Shown in pieces: positions 44,929 to 54,883 of a stretch of 64,000 nucleotides of DNA (position 1 is the stretch's first letter; each line of letters starts with the position of its first letter). Source of the DNA: an uncultured Gemmataceae bacterium (GTDB taxonomy: Bacteria > Planctomycetota > Planctomycetia > Gemmatales > Gemmataceae). A model generated the notes under the pieces. The model ran no database searches. It saw nothing but the letters and a program-made list of their open reading frames with translations, and was not told the origin of the DNA. The position numbers were made by a program, and so were the translations under genes. The DNA is taken from positions 608,001 through 672,000 of the forward strand of contig CAVVPN010000012.1 in NCBI GenBank assembly GCA_963750165.1, read 5' to 3'.

Positions 44929-44977
44929 CTCTTGTCAAGTTGTTCTATTCTTGCTCCGCCGCCGAACCAACTCGCTC

Positions 44978-45439
44978 TCACGGTGCCATCGGCCGCCCCA
45001 GCCGCAAGCGCCGCGGCTGCTCCAGGCGCTCGAAATCCCAGCAGCGCATGCGGATCGTCAGGTGGTGCCGTTGCGACTCGAAGACGATGACCGCGTCCGG
45101 GTCGAAGGAGGCGTCCAGCAGCGTTGGCAGACCATAGAGCGTCCCGAACGGCGCCAGCGTGCCCCATTCGCAGTCGCTGAACACCGCCGCGACCTCTTCC
45201 GCCGTCGCCAGCCGTACCGGCGCCTGCAGCTGCCGCGCGACCGCTTCCAGATCAACTCGGTGTGTCGCCGGCAGCACTGCCAGGAGGTTGCTACTCCCCT
45301 GCCGCAACAGCACGCACTTGGCCAGCTGGCGGCCGGACAGGTGCAGGCGACGGGCACGCTTCTGAGCCGTGTACGCCGGCGGATGAACCACCGTCTCGAA
45401 GGCGACGCAGCGCTCGGCCAAAAAGTCGGGAACACGCAT
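44978..45439 (-). CDS. YbaK/ProX-like aminoacyl-tRNA deacylase family protein
   Basis: LAKCVLL, RLATAEEV, DCEWGTLAPFG. Confidence 0.85.
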   Translation of the reverse strand: MRVPDFLAERCVAFETVVHPPAYTAQKRARRLHLSGRQLAKCVLLRQGSSNLLAVLPATHRVDLEAVARQLQAPVRLATAEEVAAVFSDCEWGTLAPFGTLYGLPTLLDASFDPDAVIVFESQRHHLTIRMRCWDFERLEQPRRLRLGRPMAP

Positions 45440-45581
45440 GACTGCTCTCTCCGTTTCCGTCCACAATGTCCGGGAGACCGGCACTCAAATATAACGGACC
45501 TCAGCCAGCGAACGCCCGCACAGCTTGCCCGTTTTACCAGCCAAGGGCCGCCTATCCTTCCCAACATGAGGGTAATGCCGA

Positions 45582-46454
45582 ATGTCCGTCCCCGCCGCCG
45601 ACGATCTGGAAGTGCTGCGTCCGGACCTGCCGCGCGGCCGCTTCCGCGCCGTGCTGTTCGACTTTGACGGCACCCTGTCGCTGATCCGCGAGGGTTGGCC
45701 GCAGGTCATGATCCCGATGATGGTGGACGTGCTGCGGCAGACCGGCACCGCCGAGCCCGCCGAGCAGCTGACCGCCGCCGTCGAGGAATTCGTCATGCGC
45801 CTGAACGGCCGGCAGACCATCTACCAGATGATCCAGCTGGCCGAGGAGGTGCGCCAGCGCGGCGGCCAACCGCTGGAGCCGCTCCGCTACAAGCAGCGCT
45901 ACCACGACCTGCTCCTGGAGCGGATCGACAACCGGCTGCAGGCGCTGGCGTCCGGGGCCGTGACGGCGGAGGAGTGGACGGTGCCGGGCAGTCACAGTCT
46001 GTTGGGGCAGCTGCGCCGCCGTGGTCTGCGGCTCTACCTGGCCAGCGGCACGGACGTGAAGTTCGTGCGCCACGAGGCGGCGCTGCTCGGGTTGACCGAG
46101 TATTTCGGCGAGCACATTTACGGCGCCCTGGACGATTACCAGAACTTTTCCAAGCAGATGGTCATCGAGCGCATCCTGCGTGAGGAGGGCCTGCACGGGC
46201 CGGAGCTGCTGGGCTTCGGCGACGGCTTTGTGGAGATCGAGGAGGTGAAGCGCGTCGGCGGCGTGGCGGTGGCGGTCGCCAGCGACGAGGCGCGGCGGCA
46301 GGGCGTGAATGCGTGGAAGCGGACGCGGTTGATTCAGGCGGGCGCGGATGTGGTTATCCCGGACTACCGCAGGCAGGAGGAGTTGCTGCGCTTCCTGTTC
46401 GCGGAGGACGGCGGCCCCGTCGCGGAGCGCTTATCTGGGCGGCCCCAGAGTTAG
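45582..46454 (+). CDS. HAD family hydrolase
   Basis: FDFDGTLS, LASGT, FGDG. Confidence 0.88.
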   Translation: MSVPAADDLEVLRPDLPRGRFRAVLFDFDGTLSLIREGWPQVMIPMMVDVLRQTGTAEPAEQLTAAVEEFVMRLNGRQTIYQMIQLAEEVRQRGGQPLEPLRYKQRYHDLLLERIDNRLQALASGAVTAEEWTVPGSHSLLGQLRRRGLRLYLASGTDVKFVRHEAALLGLTEYFGEHIYGALDDYQNFSKQMVIERILREEGLHGPELLGFGDGFVEIEEVKRVGGVAVAVASDEARRQGVNAWKRTRLIQAGADVVIPDYRRQEELLRFLFAEDGGPVAERLSGRPQS

Positions 46455-46502
46455 AGCGTTTTGCGCAACGGGGCCGGTCGCGCCACCCGGCGCGGCCGGC
46501 CG

Positions 46503-46823
46503 TCACATCACCAGCGTCGTGAACTCCTGGTAGGTGAGCGGCGTGTCGAAGGTGCCGCCCACCAGGAAGGTGCCGCGCTGCGGCGTCAAGTGGATCACGC
46601 GCACCAGCAGCGTCTTGGCGAACGACTTCGATTGGTTCACCAGGTTCAGGACCAGCAGGTTACCCACCTCGACGGCGCACGACACGATCAGGCCGATGCC
46701 GTCCATCGAAATGTTCTGAATCTTCACTGGCCCGAGGTCCGCCACCTGGCCGGCCAGGGTACAGGACGTGTCGGCGTTGATGGGGAAGCGCTCCGCCGCC
46801 CGTCGGTCTGCTGGCTCCGGCAT
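46503..46823 (-). CDS. PilZ domain protein
   Basis: RRAAERF and NISMDG motifs. Confidence 0.8.
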   Translation of the reverse strand: MPEPADRRAAERFPINADTSCTLAGQVADLGPVKIQNISMDGIGLIVSCAVEVGNLLVLNLVNQSKSFAKTLLVRVIHLTPQRGTFLVGGTFDTPLTYQEFTTLVM

Positions 46824-46969
46824 ATCCCTCTCCGTATCCGCTATCGGGCGTGGCCACCTGATTAGAAATGTACACGAACATTATAGCACGCCGCAGCCGA
46901 TTGCGTTTTCGCCGCCGCCGGGGTAGAACAGACCGCGGCCCCGAAACTCTCCCACACCTGGAGGATCTC

Positions 46970-48562
46970 ATGCCACGCGTTCTGTTCGCCGTCCTGGGCG
47001 TGCTGCTCGCCCTGCCGGCCGCCGCCAGCCAGCCGGCCGCCAACAAACTCAAGGCGCTGCTCGTCACCGGCGGCGGCTACCACGACTACAAAAAGCTCAA
47101 CCCCATCCTCGTCGAGAAAATCCCGCAGCTGGCCAACGTCAGCATCGACGTGAAATACGGCCTCGACACGCTGAAAAACCCAAAATTCGCCGACGGCTAC
47201 GACGTGATCCTGTACAACTTCTGCTTCGCCGACGCCAAGAACTCCGAGATCATCGACAACGCCCTCAAAGCGATTCGCGCTGGCAAGCCGGCGGTGATGA
47301 TCCACTGCGCCATGCACACCTTCATGGCGTCCGACGAGTGGACGGACGCCTGTGGCATGCGCACGCGCCGGCACGACCCCTACCGGCCGTTCTCGATCAT
47401 CAAGACCGTGCAGGACCACCCCGCTACCAACGTGCTGCCCGGGGAGTGGCGCACGACCGGCGACGAACTGTACCAGACGATCAAGCTGGGGCCGCGCTCG
47501 ACGGCGCTGCTGAAGGGCAAGGCCGACAAGGTGAAGGAAGATCACATCGTCTGCTGGGTCAGCACCTACGGCAAGGGCAAGGTGTTCGCCACCACGCTCG
47601 GCCATGACCTCAAGACGGTCAACATGCCGGAGTTTCAGAAGCTGCTGGCCAACGGCATCCTCTGGGCCTGCGACAAGCTCAACAGGGAAGGCCGCCCGCT
47701 GCCGGGCTACGGCGGCAGCAAGGCCAACCCCGCCCCGGCCCCTCAGGAAAGAGCGCCGGAGATGGCTCTGTTCCCGGACAAGCTGCTCGGCGAGGGCGTC
47801 AAGGACGCGAAGATGACCGGCGCAAAGCCGAACCGCCGCGTCAGCGAAGTCAGCCGGCCGACCATCACGGTGTACCGGCCCGCGAAGGACAGGGACACCG
47901 GCGCCGCTGTCGTCATCGCCCCGGGCGGCGGCTACAGCGTGCTGGCCTGGGACCACGAGGGCGAGGAGGTCGCGCAGTGGCTGAACCAGCTCGGCATCAC
48001 GGGCGTGGTGCTCAAGTACCGCATCCCGCGCCGGGCCGACCACCCGAAGGCCCCGCTCGCCGACGCTCAGCGCGCCATCAGCCTGGTGCGCAGCAAGGCC
48101 AGGGAGTGGGGCCTTGACCCCAACCGCATCGGCATGCTCGGCTTCTCCGCGGGCGGCCACCTGACCGCCGTCACCGCCACCAACGGCAACCAGCGGGCCT
48201 ACGAGCCGTTCGACGCGGCGGACAAGTTCAGTTGCCGGCCGGACTTCGCGGTGGTCGTCTACCCCGGTGGCGTGACGGCCAAGGGCAACAAAACCCTGGT
48301 GCCGGACGTGCGCGTGAGCAAGAATGCGCCGCCAACGTTCCTGGTCCACTCCGGCGATGACAAGGTGTCAGCCGAGAACAGCGTGCTGTTTTACCTGGCG
48401 CTGAAGCAGGCGGGCGTGCCGGCGGAACTGCACATCTACTCGGGCGGCGGTCACGGCTACGGCCTGAACCGCAGCAAGTACGCTCCAGCCGCCCAGTGGC
48501 CGCGGCGCTGCGAGGAGTGGCTGCGGGCGCGCGGCGTCCTCAAGGCGGCCAGTGGTTCTTGA
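46970..48562 (+). CDS. Secreted ThuA-like domain fused to alpha/beta hydrolase (esterase)
   Basis: VTGGGYHDY, DELY, TTLGH; PGGGY, GFSAGGHL, GGHGYG. Confidence 0.85.
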   Translation: MPRVLFAVLGVLLALPAAASQPAANKLKALLVTGGGYHDYKKLNPILVEKIPQLANVSIDVKYGLDTLKNPKFADGYDVILYNFCFADAKNSEIIDNALKAIRAGKPAVMIHCAMHTFMASDEWTDACGMRTRRHDPYRPFSIIKTVQDHPATNVLPGEWRTTGDELYQTIKLGPRSTALLKGKADKVKEDHIVCWVSTYGKGKVFATTLGHDLKTVNMPEFQKLLANGILWACDKLNREGRPLPGYGGSKANPAPAPQERAPEMALFPDKLLGEGVKDAKMTGAKPNRRVSEVSRPTITVYRPAKDRDTGAAVVIAPGGGYSVLAWDHEGEEVAQWLNQLGITGVVLKYRIPRRADHPKAPLADAQRAISLVRSKAREWGLDPNRIGMLGFSAGGHLTAVTATNGNQRAYEPFDAADKFSCRPDFAVVVYPGGVTAKGNKTLVPDVRVSKNAPPTFLVHSGDDKVSAENSVLFYLALKQAGVPAELHIYSGGGHGYGLNRSKYAPAAQWPRRCEEWLRARGVLKAASGS

Positions 48563-48674
48563 GGGAATCAAAGCCCCGCGCTGGGCCGTTTCCATTTCGC
48601 GTGCTGGAAGCGCGTGAACCGGAAACGGTCCAGCGCCACGGGGTTGTTCCGAAGGTGTGGGGGATCGGTCCGCC

Positions 48675-48790
48675 ATGAGTAAAGTCACGAAGACTTTGGA
48701 TAAGGTTCTCCGCGGGAATGTCCGAGGCGGAGGAGCCCTCGACTGAAGAAGACATGAGCGCGGAGGATTTGAACAAATCGGAGGAAGGCG
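48675..48790 (+). pseudogene. HicA-like toxin remnant (N-terminus only)
   Basis: MSKVTKTLDKVLRG, then loss of frame and similarity; directly upstream of hicB. Confidence 0.55.
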
Positions 48791-49009
48791 ATGGCGGGTG
48801 ACATCAAGTACGAGATCATTCTGTACTGGAGCAAGGAAGATCAGGCGTTCAGCGCCGAGGTTCCGGAGTTGCCGGGCTGCGCGGCGGACGGGGCGACTTA
48901 CCAGGAAGCTGTCTCCAATGTCGAGGTGGTAATCCGAGAGTGGATCGAGACAGCGCAGGACTTGGGCCGCCCGATTCCCGCGCCACGCGGGCGGTTGTTG
49001 TACGCTTAG
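48791..49009 (+). CDS. hicB: HicB family antitoxin
   Basis: YEIILYWSKEDQAFSAEVPELPGCAADGAT...WIETAQDLGRPIPAP. Confidence 0.88.
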   Translation: MAGDIKYEIILYWSKEDQAFSAEVPELPGCAADGATYQEAVSNVEVVIREWIETAQDLGRPIPAPRGRLLYA

Positions 49010-49108
49010 GAGGCGCCGAACAACAACTTCGTAGGACGGCTCTCCAGAGCCGTCCCGACGGCTCTGGAGAGCCGTCCTACTCTTGGAAGTTGTTGTTCGG
49101 CGCCTCCT
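49008..49108. repeat. GTAG REP doublet nested within 23-bp inverted arms carrying GCCGAAC/GTTCGGC
   Basis: aggaggcgccgaacaacaacttc-[REP pair]-tcttg-gaagttgttgttcggcgcctcct. Confidence 0.8.
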
Positions 49109-49255
49109 TAACCAGTCGCTGCACCGGACCAACGGAGCACGACAGTGTTCCTGTGTGGCGGACTGTGTTCGCACTGGGACATGGCGTAACGCCGTCTGGA
49201 GTCGGGAAGGCGTCCGGGATCAACGCCGCGGGCGCGCCCATCAGGAGGGACTGCC

Positions 49256-49837
49256 GTGACAACGATAGCGCTGCCATCCTCACGCCCCGCGCCGGCCGGC
49301 CCGCGGCCGCTGCGCTGGACGTGCGCCGAGTTCCACCGCTTCGGCGACCTGGGCGTGTTCGAGGGCCGGCGGGCGATGCTCATCGACGGTGTCATCCTGG
49401 AGGAAGGGCCGATGAACCCGCCCCACGCGATCACCCTCGGACTGGCCGAAGAGGCGATCCGAACGGCTTTCGGGGCAGGATGGTGGCTGCGCCAGCAGTC
49501 GCCGTTGGTCCTCGGCCAGGACCTCGATCCGGAACCCGACCTCGCCGTCGTACCAGGCCGGCCGCGCGACTATGCGGGGCACCCGACAACGGCGGATCTG
49601 GTGATCGAGGTGGCGGACACCTCCTTCGACTTCGACACCAACGAGAAGCGGCTGCTGTACGCCAGGGCCAACATCCGCGACTACTGGGTGGTGGACATCA
49701 ACGGCCGCCGGCTGCTCGTCTACCGCGACCCCCAGGCCGGCGATTACGCCACCCAGCAGACGCTTGGCCCGGCGGACACTGTTACGCCATTGGCGGCACC
49801 GACGGCAGCGGTGCGGGTGGCGGACCTGCTTGTGTGA
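49256..49837 (+). CDS. Uma2 family endonuclease
   Basis: PEPDLAVV, LVIEVAD, KRLLYARANIRDYWVVD. Confidence 0.9.
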   Translation: MTTIALPSSRPAPAGPRPLRWTCAEFHRFGDLGVFEGRRAMLIDGVILEEGPMNPPHAITLGLAEEAIRTAFGAGWWLRQQSPLVLGQDLDPEPDLAVVPGRPRDYAGHPTTADLVIEVADTSFDFDTNEKRLLYARANIRDYWVVDINGRRLLVYRDPQAGDYATQQTLGPADTVTPLAAPTAAVRVADLLV

Positions 49838-50156
49838 CGCCGAAGAAACGGAAACATTCATGGTGTCACACATGTTCACCTGTAAACTTTTCAAAAAGTA
49901 CCGTTTCACGGAAAAATCGTTGCAATCGCCCTATTCAGGCGTTACCATCAGTCGAAGTAAAGTAAGGAAGATAGCTTAATGCCAACCATATTGCGCGCCT
50001 GAAACCTATGGCCAGGGCTGCGGTCATTGACGCTTACCTTTGCGCGCATCATTCAATGTCAACTGCCCAACCTGTAGTGGTCCATCGCGCTGGTGGATAT
50101 ACTTTGTCGTCCAGCAGTCTTTTCTGCGTATCTTTTCCGTGCAAAGGGGGACGAAG

Positions 50157-52556
50157 ATGAATGCGCTTTACTGGTTTTGCGTCGGCTCCATACGAAAGCC
50201 GCGGAGGCGACCGGTTCGCCGCCCGTTGCGGCGGCCCGAAATCGAATCGCTGGAAGACCGTTGTGTGCCGACAGGCAGCAGCTACCGGCCCATTGACGAG
50301 GTCGGCAACAATGTGGCCAATCCGAACTGGGGGGCGGCGGGCACCGATCTCACGCGCCTCACCCCGGCCGAGTACGCTGATGGCGTGGATGCCCCCTCGC
50401 TGCCCCTGGCACCAAACCCGCGCCTGATTTCCAACATCGTAAACAATCAGGCGGACCCCGCCAATCCGGCGCAGGACCTCGCCACGGTCAATCAGCAGTC
50501 GTTATCGGATTTCGCCTTCGCCTTCGGTCAATTCATGGATCACGACATGGATCTGACCATCGACACCGGCGCCTCCGATCCCATCGCGGTGCCACCCGGC
50601 GACCCGATTGGCGGGCCGGCTGACACGCCGCTGGCCTTCAACCGCTCGCTGACCGATCCCGCGACCGGCACCGGCCCCGGCAACCCGGCCCAGGATGTTA
50701 ACTCCATCACGTCCTATCTCGACCTGTCGCAGGTGTACGGCTCCGACCTGGCGACCGACAACGCCCTGCGGACCATGGTCGGCGGCCAGATGAAGACCAG
50801 TCCGGGCGGTTTGCCGCCCCTGGACAATGGGACGTACTTCACCGCGACGCAGCTGGCCACGATCAACGCCTCCGTCGGCGGCATGGCGGACGCCGGGCCG
50901 TTGCCGCAGACCGCCATGTTCGTCACCGGCGACAGCCGTGGCAACGAGGCCCTGGACCTGACCTCCCTCCAGGTTCTCTTCCTGGACAACCACAACCGCA
51001 TCGCCGCCGCACTCCAGCGGGAAAACCCCAGCTGGACCGACGAGAAGCTGTTCCAGGAGGCCCGCAAGCTCAACATCGCCGAGTATCAATCGATCGTCTA
51101 CAACGAATGGATTCCCGCCGTGCTCGGCAGCAACGCACTGTCGCCCTACACCGGCTACAAACCCGGCGTCAACGCCACCATCGCCAATGAGTTCTCCACC
51201 GTGGCGTTCCGCTTCGGCCACTCCCTGCTCGGCCCGGACGTGATCCGGCAGGGCAACAACGGTCTCAACGTGGCGCCCGCCGTGAGTCTGGCCGCGGACT
51301 TCTTCGACCCCAACATCCTCAACGGCCAGGGCCAGCCGGCGACGACGGACCAGATGACCGGACTGCCGACCACCAGCATCGCGGCCGTCCTGAAGGGCGC
51401 CGCCGACCAGAACGCCCAGGCGATGGACGAGCAGACCATCAATGAAGTCCGCAACCTGCTCTTCAACGAGGTCGTGCCCGGCGTCGGCTTCGGCCAGGAT
51501 CTGATCGCGCTCGACATCGAGCGGGCTCGCGATCACGGCATCGGCTCGTACAACCAGGTCCGTGAAGCGCTGGGGCTGCCGGACGTGACCAGTTTCGCGC
51601 AGATTACGAGCAACGTTCAGGTGCAGCACGAGTTGGAAACGGCCTATAACAACAACATCAACAACGTGGACGCCTTCGAGGGCGGCCTGGCCGAGGACCC
51701 GGTGCCTGGTTCCATTCTCGGCCCGCTGTTCCAGACGATCCTCGTCGATCAGTTCACCAACCTCCGCAATGGCGACCGCTTCTTTTACCTGAACGAGCAA
51801 TTCAGCCCGCAAGAAATGGCCATCCTGCAGCAGGGGAACACGCTGGCCAAGGTCATCGAGGTGAACACCGGCATCACCAACCTGCAGAGCAACGTGTTCT
51901 TCTTCCAGGCGTCCATCAGCGGGGAAGTATCCCTCGCGTCGGGCGGGTCTGGGCAACCTGGCGTGGCCGGCGTCACTGTCCAGCTGCAGGACGGCAGCGG
52001 CAACGTCCTGGCCACGACCGTGACGAACAGCCAGGGCCAGTACACCTTCAACCAGCTCAGCGGCCCAGCGGCCAATCCGGAAATCGCTTCGGGAGTCAGC
52101 GGCACCGGGTACTACCATGTGGTGCTGGTCCTGCCCCCCACGCTGCAACAGGCGTCGCCGAATCCGGGCTCGATCCTGATTAGCCGTGGCGGCATGAATG
52201 TGAGCGGCGTCGATTTCGTGGTCGCGCATCCGGCGACGCACTTCGAGATGGTGGCGCTGGCCCCGGCCATGGCGGGGATGCCGACGCCGTTCATCGTCAT
52301 GGCCCTGGACGCTTCCGACCAACTCGCGGCCGGCTACACCGGCACGGTTCAGTTCGTTAGCAGCGATCACGGCGCGACGATGCCGGCCGACTACACGTTC
52401 GTGCCGTCCGATCACGGCATGCATCTGTTCTGGATGTCCTTCGCCACGCCGGGGACCCAGAGCATGACCGTGACGGATATGTCGAGTAGCTTGATTGCGG
52501 GGAGCATCGTGGACATGGTGCTCCTGCCGCCGTGGTGGCGCTTGCCCATTTTCTGA
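50157..52556 (+). CDS. Animal-type heme peroxidase with planctomycete extracellular signal and SdrD-B/Ig-like C-terminal domains
   Basis: RPEIESLEDRCVP; FGQFMDHD, GDSRGNE, FRFGHS, RARDHG, LRNGDRF. Confidence 0.88.
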   Translation: MNALYWFCVGSIRKPRRRPVRRPLRRPEIESLEDRCVPTGSSYRPIDEVGNNVANPNWGAAGTDLTRLTPAEYADGVDAPSLPLAPNPRLISNIVNNQADPANPAQDLATVNQQSLSDFAFAFGQFMDHDMDLTIDTGASDPIAVPPGDPIGGPADTPLAFNRSLTDPATGTGPGNPAQDVNSITSYLDLSQVYGSDLATDNALRTMVGGQMKTSPGGLPPLDNGTYFTATQLATINASVGGMADAGPLPQTAMFVTGDSRGNEALDLTSLQVLFLDNHNRIAAALQRENPSWTDEKLFQEARKLNIAEYQSIVYNEWIPAVLGSNALSPYTGYKPGVNATIANEFSTVAFRFGHSLLGPDVIRQGNNGLNVAPAVSLAADFFDPNILNGQGQPATTDQMTGLPTTSIAAVLKGAADQNAQAMDEQTINEVRNLLFNEVVPGVGFGQDLIALDIERARDHGIGSYNQVREALGLPDVTSFAQITSNVQVQHELETAYNNNINNVDAFEGGLAEDPVPGSILGPLFQTILVDQFTNLRNGDRFFYLNEQFSPQEMAILQQGNTLAKVIEVNTGITNLQSNVFFFQASISGEVSLASGGSGQPGVAGVTVQLQDGSGNVLATTVTNSQGQYTFNQLSGPAANPEIASGVSGTGYYHVVLVLPPTLQQASPNPGSILISRGGMNVSGVDFVVAHPATHFEMVALAPAMAGMPTPFIVMALDASDQLAAGYTGTVQFVSSDHGATMPADYTFVPSDHGMHLFWMSFATPGTQSMTVTDMSSSLIAGSIVDMVLLPPWWRLPIF

Positions 52557-52641
52557 AATTAAACTCTGCCCGGGGCCGTTTTCGTCTCGCGCGCTGAAAG
52601 TCGCGCGAAACGAAAACGGCCCCGGGCCGGTTGCGCGGCAA

Positions 52642-52741
52642 TTGTCCTTCGTTAGCGTGATCTTATCCAGCACTTCGCCGTTGTTACCTACGGCCCGCAG
52701 CTCCAGCCGCGCCGGCGTCAGATCCAGCACCACGAACGAGT
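52642..52741 (-). pseudogene. Orphan 3' end of a metallophosphoesterase paralogue
   Basis: SFVVLDLTPARLELRAVGNNGEVLDKITLTK versus SFVVLDLAPEQLELRAVGANGDVLDQVTLTK at 56104-56203. Confidence 0.75.
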
Positions 52742-53078
52742 ACTCGAGGTGGCCTGGTCCGGAGACCAGGCTACGGGCTGCGACCGAAGGTCTCCTCCGG
52801 TCGGGGAGAGCCTCGGTCACAAGTGTTTCCTTCAAGAGACGGTGCCACAACAGAATGCGGACACCATAAAAGAAATTCACGCACGCCATTTGCGTCCCAG
52901 AATCGAGGCGGTTACACTGCCGCTGAGATCAAAAACTGGCAACCGTTCCTGGATCGGGCGACCTGGGATCAAGGTTCGGTATTGAGCAACAATGATGCTC
53001 CAGGGCTGAACGCTGCCGGCGGGTCTCCATTTCTGTGATAGGCGAGCAACGGCGTAATGGTACTCAGGCGAGGTCATC

Positions 53079-54699
53079 ATGCAACGACAGGGGACAACAT
53101 GGCGCTGGTTGACGGCACTGCTCCTGCTGAGCCATTGCGGCCCGAATAGCTTCGCCGCGGGCCCCGACAGGGACGATGCACCCAAACCGCTACCGCCGGA
53201 GATCGTCAAGGCGTGGCAGGACGCCGGGCGCAGTTCGGGTTCGTTGGAGAGGACCACGTTTTCAGAATGGGCGAGGGGTTGCCCGGCGACGTGCCCGCCT
53301 TCTTCTGCGAACGGCTGGCAGTGGGTGTGCTGCCGAAGTTGCCGGTTCCGCCCCGCGCGTTCGGAATCGACCTCGGCCAGAAGGCGACGGACGCGCGCCT
53401 GAAGGAACTGGTCGGCCTGAAGCATCTTACCGTCCTTCGTCTGAGCTACGACAAGGGTATCACCGAAAAAGGGATGAAGGAACTGGCGGCCCTGCACGAC
53501 CTCAGGACGCTCTTTCTGTTCGGGCCCAACCTCAAGCCTGAGAGCCTGAAGGAACTGGGCCGGCTGAAAAAGCTCACGAACCTGTACCTGGCAACGAGCG
53601 ATGCAGGGCTGAAGCACCTGGACGGGTTCGAGCAACTCACCACCCTGCACGTCGTCGGCAACAGGATCACCGACGCCGGCGTGAAGGAAATCGTCCGGCT
53701 GCCGAACATCCGCACACTTTCTCTGCAAACCGGTAAGCTCACGGCGGCGGGGCTGAAGGAATTGCGTGGCCTCAGAAACCTCCGGTCGCTTCTCCTCATC
53801 GGCTTCAAGGTGACCGACGCGGAGATGAAGGAACTGGCCGGCATCGAGCATCTCTCCTCGCTACGGCTGTCGGTAGAATTTACGGAGGCGGGGCTGAAGC
53901 AGCTGGCCGGCCTCACGAACCTCACGTCGTTAAAGTTGGAAGGCAGCCAGCTGCTGCTCGAAGGCACGCCACGGGCGTCGGCGTGAATGGATTGAAGGAA
54001 TTGGCCGCCCTGAAGAATCTGATGTCGCTTGACCTTGAACTCACCTTTTATGAGGACCTGAAATCCCTGGCGGGCCTCAAGAAGCTCAGGACGCTCAACC
54101 TGTCGAATAACATGGTGACGAATGCCGAGTTGAGCCATTTGACCGGCCTGATAGATCTCACCGCGCTGGAGTTGACCGGCACCCGGGTGACCGATGCCGG
54201 GTTAAAGCACCTGTCCAGTCTCACGAAGCTCACCAGGCTGAACCTGCGATCCCAAGATAATGTGGGCGGCCCCGTCGTGACGGACGTGGGACTGAAGGAA
54301 CTGGCCGGCTTGAAGAACCTCACCACGCTGGACCTGTCCGACAACAAGGTGACCGACGCAGGGTTGAAGGCACTGGCCGGAATGACGAGCCTGCGCAGGC
54401 TGGCCCTGGACCGCACGAAGGTGACGGACGCGGGGCTGAAGGAACTGGCCGGGCATAAGACCCTGCAACGGCTCGACCTGGTCGAAACCAACGTGACGGA
54501 CGCGGGGCTGAAAGCACTGGCGGGACTGACCGGCCTGCACGGGCTGGAACTTCGGCACACCAGGGTGACCGACACTGGGCTCAAGCAACTGGCCGCCCTG
54601 AAGAGCTTGCGCTGGCTGGACCTGTCCGGCACCAGGGTAACGCCAGCGGGCGTTGCCGCGCTGCAAAAGGAATTGCCGGAGTGCAGGATCCAACGTTAA
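53079..54699 (+). CDS. Secreted leucine-rich repeat protein; frameshifts near 53228 and 53970
   Basis: Signal peptide; 24-aa VTDAGLKELAGLKNLxxLDL repeats continue across the three ORF-track pieces. Confidence 0.8.
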
Positions 54700-54883
54700 G
54701 TTAGCGTGCGGAGACGGAGTTGAAGAGGATCATGGGTCCGTCTGAACCAACCGCTGCGGCAGATCGGACAGGCGCTGACGGCTGTCCACATTCAACACCT
54801 CGCGCCGCGTGAGCCGACCGCCGAGCAGCCTGGGACTTCTTTGCGTGGAGGGCATCATGGGACTTCTTTGCGTGGAGGGCATC

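Noticed and set aside
50502..52889. 795-aa antisense ORF and similar long shadow ORFs (e.g. 2310-3809, 55944-57698)
   Set aside because: Antisense shadows of real genes in high-GC DNA; only the 52642-52741 fragment has meaning
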